The notes: generated by a model not told the origin, from the sequence alone. DNA of 64,000 nucleotides from Malassezia furfur (GCA_052055015.1 JBQJIT010000003.1), one strand, 5' to 3'; positions 1 to 11,367 are shown, numbered from the stretch's first letter. Numbers and translations are program-made.

Positions 1-1994
1 TGCGGCCGGGCCACGGGCGGCACCGCGCCGACACGGTGGGCGCGCTGAGCGGTCCGGATGGGCGTCACCGCACCGAGCTCGAGTTGCACCGCGCCGCGTT
101 CGGTGCGGACCGCCACGCCCACGACGTGGCGGCGACCATGCCCAACCGCCTGCGCAGTCTGACGATGCCCGGGAATGCTTCATTGGCGCACGCCGACCGC
201 AACGTATACATCTCGCAGCTGAGTGCTGAAGCATCGACGCGTGTGCTGCTGCGCCTGTTTGAGCCGTACGGTGTGATCGAGGACATTGTTCTCTTCCCGC
301 ACCACAATGGCGCACTGATCCAGTTCCGCGAGGCGCAACATGCGAGCGATGCGCTGGCCGCGGGTGTAGCGTGCATCGGGCCGTACCTTGTCGAACTGCT
401 CGCCGACCAGCGCGTCGTGCCCCAGTTTTCGCGCGTCGAGGCCGAGTGGGCCAAGCCGCGTGCAGGACCGGCGGCACCGGTGGCCGCTGCTGCGGCCCCG
501 GCCGCGACGCCCGAGGCTGCGGCACCGGCGCCCCGCCTGCGGCACGGTGGCACGGCGAGCATTGTGCCGAGCAGCGACAAGGGCGGTGTGCCACTGCCGC
601 TCGAGCACGTCGTCACGCTGGCGCCCGAGCAGCAGCGTGCGTTTGGCGACGCGCTGCACTTCCGCAGCGGCCCCGATCCGGTGGTGCACGCGCTTGAGAC
701 GCCCGAGGCGCGGCTGTACCACGCGAGCATCCCGCCCGTGCACGACGGCGGGCGCTCGAGTCGGCGCTTTGACAATGCGCGCTTCCGTGAGCTGCGCAAA
801 AACATTGAGAGCGGCCAGCTCGGCCAGGCGCAAGTCGACGCCGTGGCGCTCGACCACCTCGACGTGATCGTGGAGCTGGCGAGCAACTACATTGGCAACA
901 CCGTGGTGCAGCGCTTCTTTGAGCAATGCTCCGAGTCGGTCAAGACGCGGCTGCTCGAGCGCCTTGCACCGCACCTCGCCACGATTGGTTGCCACAAAAA
1001 CGGGACGTGGGCCGCCCAGAAAATCATCGACTGCGCGCACACCGACGCGCAGCAGACGCTCATTGTGGAGCACCTGCAGCCGTACGTGCCCGCGCTGCTC
1101 CTCGACCAGTTTGGCAACTACGTGGTGCAGTGTGTGCTGCCGTTCGGCTTTCCTCGTGCCACGTTTGTGCTCGATGCGATGGTCGACCGGTGCTGGGAGA
1201 TTGCGCAGGGACGCTTTGGCGCGCGCAGCATGCGCACGGTGCTTGAACACCCAGCTGTGCCACGCGTGCACATCAAGCGCGTCGCGATGGCCATTATTCT
1301 TAACTGTGTGCCCCTCGCGACGAGCGCCAACGGTGCACTGCTCCTCACCTGGCTGCTCGAGACGTCCAACCTCGACGGGGTGATGGGCCAGTTGGCGCCG
1401 CGTTTTGTGCCGCACATTGCGCAGCTTGCCACCCACAAACTCGCCTCGGTCACTGTGCTGCGTATCGTCGGGCGGAGTGCCGAGCCGGACGCGGCGCTGC
1501 TCCTCCTTGGCGCCATTTTTGACCTGCCGCAGGCGACGGTGCTCGAAGAGATCCTGCTTGACCTCGTGCACGGCTCGCAGCTCGTGGCCAAGGCGCTGCA
1601 AAGCCCCATGCTGACGCCCGACGCCTACGCCGAATGCGTCGACAAGGTTGCCGAGATTCTGTGCCGCCACGATCTTGTGAACGCGCCGGCGTACCGCCGC
1701 CTCGCGGAGCAGGTCGGCCTCGCCCCGCTCGATGCGCCCCGCGTCTCGCCGCCGCGCCTCGCACACGCCAAGGGCAGCGCGAGCACGCCCGATCGGCTGC
1801 TGAACCCGATGGACGGCATACCCCCTCCCCTGATGCCCCCGTCCTTCGGCATGATGCCGCCGGCACCGTACGAATTTGCCGCGAACGGCGGAATGTATGT
1901 GCCCTATACGGCCGCCCCGCCCGCGTTTGATATCCCACCCGAGCCGCATGCGCGCTCGCTGTATGCGCACGGCGCGCCGCCCCCGCTGTCGTAG
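1..1994 (+). CDS. JSN1: Pumilio (PUF) family RNA-binding protein with an RRM, Jsn1/Puf1-Puf2-like; 5'-partial
   Basis: Frame is open from base 3, so the start lies upstream of the window. RRM (NVYISQLS...GALIQF) followed by PUF repeats (LASNYIGNTVVQRFFE, GCHKNGTWAAQKIID, LLDQFGNYVVQC, AQGRFGARSMR). Confidence 0.8.
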   Translation, partial: RPGHGRHRADTVGALSGPDGRHRTELELHRAAFGADRHAHDVAATMPNRLRSLTMPGNASLAHADRNVYISQLSAEASTRVLLRLFEPYGVIEDIVLFPHHNGALIQFREAQHASDALAAGVACIGPYLVELLADQRVVPQFSRVEAEWAKPRAGPAAPVAAAAAPAATPEAAAPAPRLRHGGTASIVPSSDKGGVPLPLEHVVTLAPEQQRAFGDALHFRSGPDPVVHALETPEARLYHASIPPVHDGGRSSRRFDNARFRELRKNIESGQLGQAQVDAVALDHLDVIVELASNYIGNTVVQRFFEQCSESVKTRLLERLAPHLATIGCHKNGTWAAQKIIDCAHTDAQQTLIVEHLQPYVPALLLDQFGNYVVQCVLPFGFPRATFVLDAMVDRCWEIAQGRFGARSMRTVLEHPAVPRVHIKRVAMAIILNCVPLATSANGALLLTWLLETSNLDGVMGQLAPRFVPHIAQLATHKLASVTVLRIVGRSAEPDAALLLLGAIFDLPQATVLEEILLDLVHGSQLVAKALQSPMLTPDAYAECVDKVAEILCRHDLVNAPAYRRLAEQVGLAPLDAPRVSPPRLAHAKGSASTPDRLLNPMDGIPPPLMPPSFGMMPPAPYEFAANGGMYVPYTAAPPAFDIPPEPHARSLYAHGAPPPLS

Positions 1995-2074
1995 ACCTCA
2001 GCTAGCCGCCGCCGCCGCCGCCGCATGCTTTGTCAGCTTGTCCGTCCGTCCGCCACGGCGCCACACGATGCCCG

Positions 2075-3721
2075 ATGCCGCCCTGTGTATCGCTTGAGCT
2101 GCTCCCTCGTGAGATCCTAACGCACATTGCGCACGACGTCGCCGTGCGGCCGTCACCAGGCAGTGCCGCACCCTTCGCGCCGGGGCCGCCGCGCGATCTG
2201 CTGTGCTTGTTGTGCGCCAGCCGCGCGCTGCACCGCGAACTGAGCACCGACGTCAACACGGCGCTGTACGCGCGCATTTTTGCGAGCGTGTTTGACACAG
2301 GCGCACGCGTGCGTCGCAGGGGGCGCGCCGCGTGCACGCCCGCCCACCTAACCACTGAGCTTGTGCGCCGCTTTGGCGCTCTGAAAACAGTGCGCCGCTA
2401 CGTTCAGTACCACAGCCGCAATCTAGATGCGCCGCGCGCTGCCGACGACGCGGATGCAACACTGGTCGACGCACTCTGGTGCGTGTACGTGATGGCGCTC
2501 GAGCATGACGCACACAACCTCGCGCAGCTGCGCTGGGCACACGTCGACGAACTCGTCGACCTCCATGCGGTCCACTCGCTGTGTGACCACCTCGTGCACC
2601 AACGATACCCTCCCGCGCCGCTCAGTGTGTGCCTCGTGATGCACATCCGGTACACACTCGCTGCGATCCGCGCACCCACTCACGACGACGCGCGGTACAG
2701 CGACGAGCACGACTATCTCTTTCTCCTGCTCAAGCCCTTTGTGTTTGCCGCTCACGAGTACGCCATGTTTTACGGGCCATGGACGGCGCGCACGCTGCCT
2801 TTGGCGCGCACGGTGCGCAATCCACCGGACGCTGATGGCGGCGCGGACGCCGACCGCCTCGCGACACCGCTCGTGAGCCTCGCTGCGACCTCGTTGCTGT
2901 TTGCATGCACCGCGCGTGCGATGCATGCATCCAGCCTCAAGATGCGCCTGGATGCACGCGTCGCTCATGCCGCGCCACGTACACGGACGTCGCGTGACTT
3001 TGATGTGGACTACGCGCGCCTGCATCGCTGCTACGACGCACACGGCGCGCCCGGCTTGCGGCTCGACGATCACGTCGGCCGCTTTGCGGGCGTGTGGGAG
3101 GGGCGTTTTGCGTTTTTTGATCTCGACGCCTACCGCAGTATGCTGGATGGCAGTCCCACTGCGCTGTACGACGGCACGTTTGGCGAGCAGACACAGGTGC
3201 TACGGCTCTCGGAGGCGGTTGTGGGCATGTCGCCCGACGGTGTCGCGCAGTACCACGAGGATATGCTGAGCGACGCTCTGAGCGATGTACCCGGGGCCGA
3301 CAAGGCACGCCGTACCCCGCCACGCACGCCCCCAGCGCCTGCGCGCGACGGACAGCAGCCATTTGTGTCGCACGCGGACGGTGGTCCCCCGCTCGATGCC
3401 GATACGATGCTGCGTGAGTGGCGCCGCCTGCCGTTCTGGAGCGACGACGAGCCGAGCGGTGCGCAGGACGAGCAGCGCGAGCTGCTTCTCTACGGCACCG
3501 GGCACTCGGCGTGGGGCAAGTTTTTTGTCCGGGGGCGTGTGCGTGCCTGGGATGGGCTCGTGGTTTTGTTGAAAGAGTACGGCCCGGGGCGTCAGGGGCG
3601 CTGGCTGTACCGCGGCTACTGTGTCGCGGGCAGCGAACTGGTCGGTCGCTGGCGCGACGCGTATACCCCTTCGGCGCTCCATGGGTACGAGGGTCCTTTT
3701 CTATTGACGCGGCGCTCCTAG
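2075..3721 (+). CDS. F-box-like domain protein (fungal, uncharacterised)
   Basis: First in-frame ATG at 2075; N-terminal LELLPREILTHIA F-box-like motif; Trp/Gly-rich C-terminal domain (HSAWGKFFVRGRVRAWDG...GRWLYRGY...GRWRD). Confidence 0.65.
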   Translation: MPPCVSLELLPREILTHIAHDVAVRPSPGSAAPFAPGPPRDLLCLLCASRALHRELSTDVNTALYARIFASVFDTGARVRRRGRAACTPAHLTTELVRRFGALKTVRRYVQYHSRNLDAPRAADDADATLVDALWCVYVMALEHDAHNLAQLRWAHVDELVDLHAVHSLCDHLVHQRYPPAPLSVCLVMHIRYTLAAIRAPTHDDARYSDEHDYLFLLLKPFVFAAHEYAMFYGPWTARTLPLARTVRNPPDADGGADADRLATPLVSLAATSLLFACTARAMHASSLKMRLDARVAHAAPRTRTSRDFDVDYARLHRCYDAHGAPGLRLDDHVGRFAGVWEGRFAFFDLDAYRSMLDGSPTALYDGTFGEQTQVLRLSEAVVGMSPDGVAQYHEDMLSDALSDVPGADKARRTPPRTPPAPARDGQQPFVSHADGGPPLDADTMLREWRRLPFWSDDEPSGAQDEQRELLLYGTGHSAWGKFFVRGRVRAWDGLVVLLKEYGPGRQGRWLYRGYCVAGSELVGRWRDAYTPSALHGYEGPFLLTRRS

Positions 3722-4566
3722 TCGGCGGTGCCGTACACGACGTGCAGGTGTTGCCCCACGATTGTGCGTCCATCGAGCGCACGCACGACGTGCTCGGCGT
3801 CGTGAGCATCGATGAGCGTCACCTGCGCGGCAAATGTCTCGTCGTTGGCGCGCGGCTCGACCCAGTCGACGTGCGCCACTGCCGCATAAGGTGCCACGAG
3901 CGCACGCACGTCTTCCGCGTCGATCGTTGCGCACGGCAACAGGCCGCTGATGACGACGCGACTGCACGGTCCGTGGGCCGCCTCGGCGGTGCTGCGCTGC
4001 ACGCGCGCATAGCTCACCTCCAGTGAGTAGCCGCACCACACGCGGCCCTGTAGGTGGTGCATCGCGTCGTGCGCCTCGCGCGCTGTGTCCATGTCGACGA
4101 ACCCCCGGCGGCGTGCCTGGCCATCGAGCATCGAGAGGATGACGCAGTGCCGCACGGTGCCGTATGCGGCAAACAACTTTTCTAGCTGTACAGTAGTGAC
4201 GTCCAAGGGGATATTGAGCACGTAGAGGTTCCTGGGGGCGGGCGCTGATGCGGGCGGTGCTGAGGGCGGCGTCGTGGCCGGCGCCGTGGGCTCGGTGGGC
4301 GCGTCGTGGCACACTGGATACACGTGGCTGCGTCAGCGCGCGACGTACAGCTGGAAGCCGGCGTACATGGTGTTGTTGCGCAGGCACGCAAACTCCATAT
4401 CGAGCTGGGTGTAAAGTGCAACGGTCGCCTTGAAGCGGCCGCACTGCTGCGACACGACGACGCTGCGCACCTCGAGCGGCTGGAAGAGCTGCGCGATCTC
4501 GGCGGGCGTCACGGACGGACGGAGTGGCTCAACCACCACACGGAACTTGGGCCTACGGCGTGTCAT
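3718..4566 (-). CDS. Multi-RRM RNA-binding protein (2 exons)
   Basis: ATG 4566; 21-nt intron 4328-4348 (gtacgtcgcgcgctgacgcag) joins the 4333..4962 and 3718..4323 ORFs in frame; central RRM with RNP2 NLYVLNIP and RNP1 RRGFVDM, flanked by two weaker RRM-like segments. Confidence 0.75.
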
Positions 4567-4881
4567 GGCGGAACGGGGCGTCTTGCACCCATGCCCTGGT
4601 ACCCGCCGCGGTTTGCGCGTGTCGCGCCCTGCTCCGCGGTGCCGCCGCCGCAGCGCGGCGTGCGCACGGACGTAGAAAAAACTTGCTCGGCCGACGGCGG
4701 GATCTGAGGAGGGCCCCGCGCTGCGTTGCCCAAACCCGTCGAGTGACTCCGCCCGCGACTCGCTGTTGCGTAGGGCGTGTGTGCAGTTCGAAAGAGCGCG
4801 TGCGTACCCAGCTTGCCTGTGCACGTTTCGCCGCATCGGTATACAGACCCCTGGGCCGCCGATTGCGTGCATCGCTCGAGC

Positions 4882-6924
4882 ATGCAGGCCGACGACTTCG
4901 TCCTCTTCGACGATGGGACGAACCCGGCGGGAACTCCCTCGCAGGGCACCATGTCGTCGCACGATTCACGCACGACTGGATTTAACAAACCTTCCTTCCT
5001 GCAGTACCGCGGGCAACTAAATGATACCTCGCCCGTCCTCGATGAGGCACCGTACAATCACTTTGCGCAACTCGGCCAAGCCGACCCGATGCTGATGCAG
5101 CGCGCGATGCGCGGCGGCGATCCGTACGCTACCGCACCGAATACGGCACATGCACGCACCTCGGCATCGCCCAACACCACCCCGCCCGAGCAGCCGTCGA
5201 GTGGCACGCTCGGCACCCCCCTGACCATGCTATCGCTCCAGGGCGACGATCGCAACCTGCCTGGCGCCCTGTTCCCCGACCTGGGCGGGCGCGAGGCCAA
5301 CGGCCAGATGAAGCCCAACTCGTACCTACCCCCCAAACAGACCCAGGCACAACACCCGCTGGCGCAGGGGTGGCCGTATCCGCCCAACCAGGCGCCGTCC
5401 AAAGACACGCTCGAGCCGGACGTCGACCAGCCATTTCTGTGGAACATGCCCGGCCACGCCCAGGAGCAGTGGAAACCATGGGGTCCGACGCCCCCAGGTG
5501 TTGCCAACGCCGATATGCTGCGCGCTGCCGCGGACCAGGCGGGGCAGGGCGCGCCGCGTCCACAGGGCGACGACCGACTCACTGTCTCGCCGCGCGAGCT
5601 ATATCTCGACGCCGACCGTGCCGCGACGCGCAACGCAGGGCCCAACCTGTTCCCGAGCCAGAATGCCCCGCCGCTGCTGCCGCCGCGCACGGACGACGAT
5701 ACGCTGCTCGCGCCGCCATTCGGCCTGTCAAGCGCCATGGAGGGCGGATCGAGCACCGAGGAAGAGGACGACGAGGACGAGCGACCATTCCCCTCGTCGT
5801 CGTACGCCGGCTCCGTGCTGGGCGCCACGGCGCCCAACGAGCAGCTGCTGGAGCAGTGGAGCCGCTCCATGTACGGCCCTGCCGGCGGCGGCGGCATGCC
5901 GTCCCAGCGGGTACCGCCGCGCGAGTGGGCGGTGACGGGACCGTCGTTCTCGGCGATGTCGACCTCGAGCGAGTCCGAAGAAGATACCCCAGCTCGGCCG
6001 CCACGGATGGGCGAGCGCCTGTCAGGCCACGCCGCGCAGTTTGCGAATACGGTGCCCGGCGCGCTGGGCGGCTACGGGTACATCCCCGGGAGCCAAGAGA
6101 GCGGCATGAGCGTGCAGAGCAACGACCTTGACTCGACTGGCGGCTCGCAGATGTCGGCGAGCATGACGGAGAGTGACACACCGGGTCACAACGACCGCGG
6201 GCGCAGCCCGTCGATCCTCAACACGGCGCAGGCCATTACTCCCGCCCCGAAACGCGCGTCGCGCGTGGGTCGCGACGCGAGCGACGAGGAGGAGGCGACA
6301 GACGCGCATGCGCGGCCATCGCGTGCCTCGGCGGATGCTGAGCGGCCACGCCAGCTACGCTCGTCAAGCAACACACGCCGCAAGTCTAGTGACCAAGACG
6401 TGTCGGGTGCGCGGCTTTCCGCGGGACCCTCGTCCGACTCGAGCAGCCCCGAAAACGACGAGTCGGACTACGAGCAGTCGCAGCTCGCGCACCACACGCC
6501 GCGCGCAGCGAACAAGCGCGGGCGCGCAACACGCGGCGCGGGCGGGCACGCACGCACCGCGTCAGGGCAGCAGTCGCCCACGGGCGCGACCGCCGATGTG
6601 GCCCGAGCGGCACAGGCCTCGTCGTCCTCCAACTCGTCCGCGATCCGGTGCGATTATGTGTCGCCAATCACAGGGCAGCGCTGCGGCACCGTGTTCCACC
6701 GCATGTACGACCTGGCGCGCCACCGCATCACGCTGCACCTGCGCGAGGAGGCGCAGCTCGTCAAGGAGGGCAAGCTCAAAGTGGAGCAATGCGTCGTCCT
6801 GGGCAAGGAAGTCGACGTGAAAAAGGCACTCGCGGAACTCGAGTGGATCTGCCGCGTGTGTGGCGCAAGCTTCTCACGCAAGGACGCCATGCTCCGCCAC
6901 GAGCGGTTGCGGCACCATCGTTAG
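4882..6924 (+). CDS. RPN4: C2H2 zinc-finger transcription factor, Rpn4-like
   Basis: Atypical first finger CDYVSPITGQRCGTVFHRMYDLARHRITLH plus CRVCGASFSRKDAMLRHERLRH at the C-terminus; acidic, low-complexity N-terminal region. This arrangement resembles Rpn4; orthology is inferred. Confidence 0.65.
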   Translation: MQADDFVLFDDGTNPAGTPSQGTMSSHDSRTTGFNKPSFLQYRGQLNDTSPVLDEAPYNHFAQLGQADPMLMQRAMRGGDPYATAPNTAHARTSASPNTTPPEQPSSGTLGTPLTMLSLQGDDRNLPGALFPDLGGREANGQMKPNSYLPPKQTQAQHPLAQGWPYPPNQAPSKDTLEPDVDQPFLWNMPGHAQEQWKPWGPTPPGVANADMLRAAADQAGQGAPRPQGDDRLTVSPRELYLDADRAATRNAGPNLFPSQNAPPLLPPRTDDDTLLAPPFGLSSAMEGGSSTEEEDDEDERPFPSSSYAGSVLGATAPNEQLLEQWSRSMYGPAGGGGMPSQRVPPREWAVTGPSFSAMSTSSESEEDTPARPPRMGERLSGHAAQFANTVPGALGGYGYIPGSQESGMSVQSNDLDSTGGSQMSASMTESDTPGHNDRGRSPSILNTAQAITPAPKRASRVGRDASDEEEATDAHARPSRASADAERPRQLRSSSNTRRKSSDQDVSGARLSAGPSSDSSSPENDESDYEQSQLAHHTPRAANKRGRATRGAGGHARTASGQQSPTGATADVARAAQASSSSNSSAIRCDYVSPITGQRCGTVFHRMYDLARHRITLHLREEAQLVKEGKLKVEQCVVLGKEVDVKKALAELEWICRVCGASFSRKDAMLRHERLRHHR

Positions 6925-6977
6925 GTAGACCCGGCCGCGCGCAGTAGACGTGCGTGTCATAGTGTGGAGGTTTTTCT

Positions 6978-6987
6978 ACGCGTCGCG
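6978..6987. promoter_or_regulatory. MCB-like element (ACGCGTCGCG) immediately upstream of RAD18
   Basis: ACGCGT core followed by CGCG directly before the ATG; the same 10-mer recurs before other G1/S genes. Confidence 0.5.
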
Positions 6988-8104
6988 ATGGACGCGCTGC
7001 TGGACCAGGTGAGCGACCCGAGCGACTGGCCCGAGGCTTGGGCCACGCTTCGGCCGCTTGATGCGAGCTTGCGTTGCGGACTGTGCTATGTATGTGCGGT
7101 GCTGATCCAGGACATTTTCCGCGCGCCCGTTGCCCTGCGCGAATGCGGGCACGTTTTCTGCTCGTCGTGCATCCGCACGCACATCAACCAGCCGGGCGGC
7201 TCAGGGTCGTTCTGCCCCAACTGTCGTCAAAAGAAGGCGTACGACAGTGAGCTGATGCCTCAGCTGGCACTCGAAGCGGCTGCCACGAGCTGGCGCACCG
7301 CACGGTACGTCGTCGCCTAACGCAGCGCCGACCTGGTCACCAAACAAAAGCGGCTCGACACGTTGGAACGCACGCGTGCGGCCACCACCCACGAGATACC
7401 CCCGCCCGTAACCGGCTCAGAGAAGCGCACCGCGGAGCCGGAGCATGGCCGCCGCCTACGCCCGCGCAAGGAGGAGACGGTGGATTACCGCAGCTTGCAG
7501 GGTATGTCGTGCGCGCCTCACGCAGCCGACGACACTGTCCAGTGCCCGATTTGTGCTCGAAGCTTTACTGCTGCCGACCTTAATACGCACCTCGACATGG
7601 GCTGCGACCCGTCGTCATCCTCTCCCTCGCCGGCGCCGGACCCTTTTGCGCACGCCAAACGACTCACACGGCCACAGTACCAGCTCAAATCCGAGAAGGA
7701 CCTACGAAAAATGCTTGGCGTACGTCTCTTCCTGACGCAGTCCCTCGGCCTGCCCACGCAAGGGCCCAAGGACCGCCTGATCGAACGGCACCGGCAGTGG
7801 GTCAACGTGTACAACGCCAACCTCGATGCCTCACCAGCAAATCGCGAATCGCTTGAGAGACTACGGCGCAACCTGCTGGCATGGGACAGGAACCAAGACG
7901 AGGTCGGGGTCCATGCTAAGGACAGGGTGTCCTCCGAGAAACAGTACCGGTCGTGGCTTGTATGTCGCCCTACTTATGCAGCATACCCATCGCAGCCAGT
8001 ATGCGGATCTGGCAGCCAAAGCCCGCGCATCACTTGCACCTGCTCCCAAGGCGGACGCGCCTACGGATGACCCCGACGCATCTTCTTCGACAGAATCGAG
8101 ATAG
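6988..8104 (+). CDS. RAD18: E3 ubiquitin ligase Rad18 (RING, UBZ4, SAP); 6 exons
   Basis: Introns 7090-7110, 7305-7325, 7502-7525, 7720-7740, 7960-7981. Spliced product gives RING CGLCYDIFRAPVALRECGHVFCSSC...CPNC, UBZ VQCPIC...LNTHLD and SAP-like LGSLGLPTQGPKDRLIERHRQW...YNANLD. Confidence 0.9.
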
Positions 8105-8211
8105 GCTCCGAAATACGAAAGGGCGTCGTTCTTGTGGAGGCCGAGTCGTGCATCTCTTGGCAACACACTACTTGGTCCGGACGGTCGGCGAGCGAACGCG
8201 CGAGGGTGGTC

Positions 8212-9699
8212 ATGCCCGATGACGTCGATGCAGAGAAACGCTCGCCACCGCCGTCATTAAGCGGTTCAGACGTTATAGCTCCCAAGCTGGTTATGCTGGA
8301 GCCGGGGCAAGACGCCCAGCAGTGGCCTTTGTACCGTAAAGTGTACACCAATGTGGTGCTTCTGTACATCACCTTGGTCAACACCTACGCATCGGGTGTC
8401 TATTCCCCGGGAGTTAAGGCGATGCTCGTTGACATCCCCATGTCCACCGAGGTTGCGCAGCTCGGCACCAGCTTGTACATGTTTGGGCTCGCGGTGGGGT
8501 CACTGTTTTGGGCGCCGCTCAGTCAGTCGCTGGGTCGCCGGCCCGTGTTCCTCGCATCGCTCATGGGAGTAACACTGTTCAATTTGGGTGTTTGTCTCTC
8601 CTCGCACATTCATTCGTTGATGATCTGCCGCACACTCGCCGGCTTTGCCGGCTCCGCCGCTTTTCCCAACGTCGCCGGCAGCATCGTGGACATGACCACT
8701 GAGCGCAACCGCATCCCATACAACACCATGTTCCGCTACATTACCTTCACTGGTCCCACGCTGTCGGCGTTTCTAGGCGCAGTCGCCGTGCGAGACTCGG
8801 ACTGGCGGTGGAATCTGCGATCAATTCCGATCATGGCGTTTGCAGGATTGGTCGTGTATGCATGCACGATCCCAGAAACGTTTGCACCCGTGCTGCAGCA
8901 ACGCAACGAACGGATTCGCGAGGAAAAGCAAAGACATGAAGACTTACTCCATCGCAGTGAGCATTGGCTCGCGCGATTCTTGCCACGACGCAACGCACTT
9001 CACTTAGTCGCTGCACAGGTCAAACAGTCGATGTATGTGCCGTGGATCCTGCTGGTCGAAGAACCCCTGGTCCTGATTGTGTGTTTCTATACATCAATGC
9101 TCTATGGCCTCTTGTATGGCTCTCTCCTCTTTTTCCCGGAGGTTTGGCACGACATTCGCGGCTTGACTGCTGTCCAAGTGGGATACACTTACGCGGCGGT
9201 GCTCGTTGGTTTTATTGTATCTGCATTGCTGATTGGGTGCATCATCCAGAATTGGGAGTACGGGCGCGCGTATGACAAGGGCACCAATACTCCGGAACTT
9301 CGCTTGCGCTCAGGAGAATGGTCCATCTTGTTCGTCCCGATCGGCCTATTCATCTTTGCATGGACAGCCCCATTTCCTCAAGTGCACTGGTCAGGGCCAA
9401 GTATCGGGGCCTTTCTCTTTGCATTTGGCATGCTGGCCGTATTTAACTCGTGGCTCGCCTACCTCACGGATACCTACAGCAACAATACGGCCGCCGTAGT
9501 GGGGCTCAACACATTTTGCCGCTCGGCAATCGCCGGCACGTTTCCCCTGTTCACGCGGCAGATGATCCACGCCATGACCTTCCAAGGCGCCATGTCCATG
9601 TTTGCCGGGATCTCAATCCCACTGACGTGCATTGGATTTTTGTTTGGCATCTATGGACATCGCCTGCGAAATCGCAGCAAGCATGCCGTCCACAAATAG
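8212..9699 (+). CDS. MFS transporter, DHA1 (drug:H+ antiporter) family
   Basis: About 12 hydrophobic segments; motifs WPLYRK, APLSQSLGRRPV, WRWN and PETFAP typical of DHA1. Confidence 0.85.
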   Translation: MPDDVDAEKRSPPPSLSGSDVIAPKLVMLEPGQDAQQWPLYRKVYTNVVLLYITLVNTYASGVYSPGVKAMLVDIPMSTEVAQLGTSLYMFGLAVGSLFWAPLSQSLGRRPVFLASLMGVTLFNLGVCLSSHIHSLMICRTLAGFAGSAAFPNVAGSIVDMTTERNRIPYNTMFRYITFTGPTLSAFLGAVAVRDSDWRWNLRSIPIMAFAGLVVYACTIPETFAPVLQQRNERIREEKQRHEDLLHRSEHWLARFLPRRNALHLVAAQVKQSMYVPWILLVEEPLVLIVCFYTSMLYGLLYGSLLFFPEVWHDIRGLTAVQVGYTYAAVLVGFIVSALLIGCIIQNWEYGRAYDKGTNTPELRLRSGEWSILFVPIGLFIFAWTAPFPQVHWSGPSIGAFLFAFGMLAVFNSWLAYLTDTYSNNTAAVVGLNTFCRSAIAGTFPLFTRQMIHAMTFQGAMSMFAGISIPLTCIGFLFGIYGHRLRNRSKHAVHK

Positions 9700-9716
9700 G
9701 CGACACGCGTCGGCAT

Positions 9717-10505
9717 TCAGAATTTCCCTGTGTAAATAACAAGGTAGACTTACCCCGAAGCAGATTCTTGATCATCTCACGCGCCGTGATATACGCCGTG
9801 TTGAAAAAGGTGGGGAAGTCGAGCGTAGACGAGATGGTGTCCGCGAAACCGAAAGGAAGCATGGGAGGGATCCAACCTAGACGGTGAGCGATTGACCTAC
9901 CTTGCGCAAGCTCCAATGCCCAGCATCCAGATTCAGGCATCATGTACTGCTTTACCAGACCGCGCGGGAGATAGTGCATCGCACCAGCCGGGTAGCGCTC
10001 GGGGGTCAGATCCCCGGCGCGGAATGCCTGTTGCTCTCCGTAAAGAATGTGGAAGTAGTCGTCCGCAGTGTGACGACCCGTGTGTCCCTCGGTACCAATG
10101 GGCGTACCAAAGAAGATCAGGTACTCCGTGATGGATGCATGGATGATGTACATGGAGCCCATTGCACCGCCGGCATTGTTGAACACCCATTCGGAGTGGT
10201 CCCGGAATGAGTTAGGGTTCAGCGTAGGACCGACCTTGGGGTCCTTGCGCAGCTCCGTAACAATGTGCTCAAAGATCCCATCGGTGTTGTTGCCGTGCTT
10301 GGCGATCGCTTCCTTGGCAATCGCATGCAGCTTGGGCTGGTCAAAGATGTAGAAAGAACGCTGAGTTAGTGCGGAGACGTACAATGTGCGCATCCACGTA
10401 GGTGAAAATGGCGACGAACGCTGCCAGAATGGTCGCAATAATGGCAATGCAGCGCATCCAGGAGCCAGAAGGCTTAGAGGCTTGCACCTTTCGCACACGA
10501 GGCAT
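9717..10505 (-). CDS. ERG2: C-8 sterol isomerase (Erg2/sigma-1 receptor family); 4 exons
   Basis: Introns 10361-10382, 9877-9900, 9728-9753. Motifs EWVFNNAGGAMGSMYIIHASITEYLIFFGT, GHTGRHTADDYF, ELAQGWIPPMLPFG; spliced C-terminus NLLRGKF*. Confidence 0.93.
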
Positions 10506-10651
10506 GGTGATGTTCGTGTGGAAAGAAGACCAAAATCAGCTGAGCGTGCTTAGATTAAATTAAGCGCATTAGGACTTATTCTCCACGTTACGGCCTGACA
10601 CCGGACCAAGTCCTATGCAATGACATAGCTATAATACATGATTTCGGCAGC

Positions 10652-11367
10652 TTAATCGGCTGCTGCCCATAGCTTTTCAGCCAAGTCAAACGAAGTCATA
10701 TCATTTTGCTTGCGCGACTTTTCATCCACATCAAAGGAGACCGCGACGTTGCGACGTGCCGAACGAACCAACAGAGACGTGATGGGGCCGTCTGGATTGG
10801 CTGGGTCACGAAAAGGTACGAATCCCATGCCACGGAACAGCTGCAATGCAAGACTGGATCAGTCACAACTCAATACATACGCGCTGCGGTCCATGCCAAC
10901 CTCTTGCTCGATGTCCCAGTTTTCCACCGCATCGCTTTCTCTCCGCAACTCTTCAATTTCCGTCTCCAGCATTGAGAGCGCTGCTTCTTGCTCGTTAATT
11001 TTCTTGGCCAAATCGAACTTCTCGTTCTCCATCTCCTTCATTGTGGTTTGGTGCGTCTCCAGTGAGTGCCAGTCTGCTGCAGACCGCGTCGAGCTCTCTC
11101 GCAATTCTGCTACAGATGCCTGCAATTCTGAGATTAGTCTTCGTACATACGGTCTAGCATCGCCTGTGTCTTGGCCCGCTCTGCTTCGCGCTCCTCCTTG
11201 GTCTCTTTCATCACGCGCGTATATTCGTTAATACGCGCGATTTCCTCATCGGGGATCAAAACAGAATTGAGTTCCTGAATCATCTCACTGCAAAAAAGGT
11301 CAGGCGTGTTCCACACGTACGGTAGACTTGCTTCCGGAATCGCCGAACTCGACTCGCGACGCGCCAT
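10652..11367 (-). CDS. SPC24: Kinetochore Ndc80-complex subunit Spc24-like; 4 exons
   Basis: Introns 11288-11320 (in frame, less certain), 11128-11150, 10854-10880. Coiled coil followed by LALQLFRGMGF...LLVRS...FDLAEKLW, resembling the Spc24 RWD domain. Confidence 0.7.

Noticed and set aside
1082..1109. Intron-like GTACGT...CAG inside the PUF gene
   Set aside because: No good branch motif; removal (28 nt) would shift the frame and delete part of a conserved PUF repeat.
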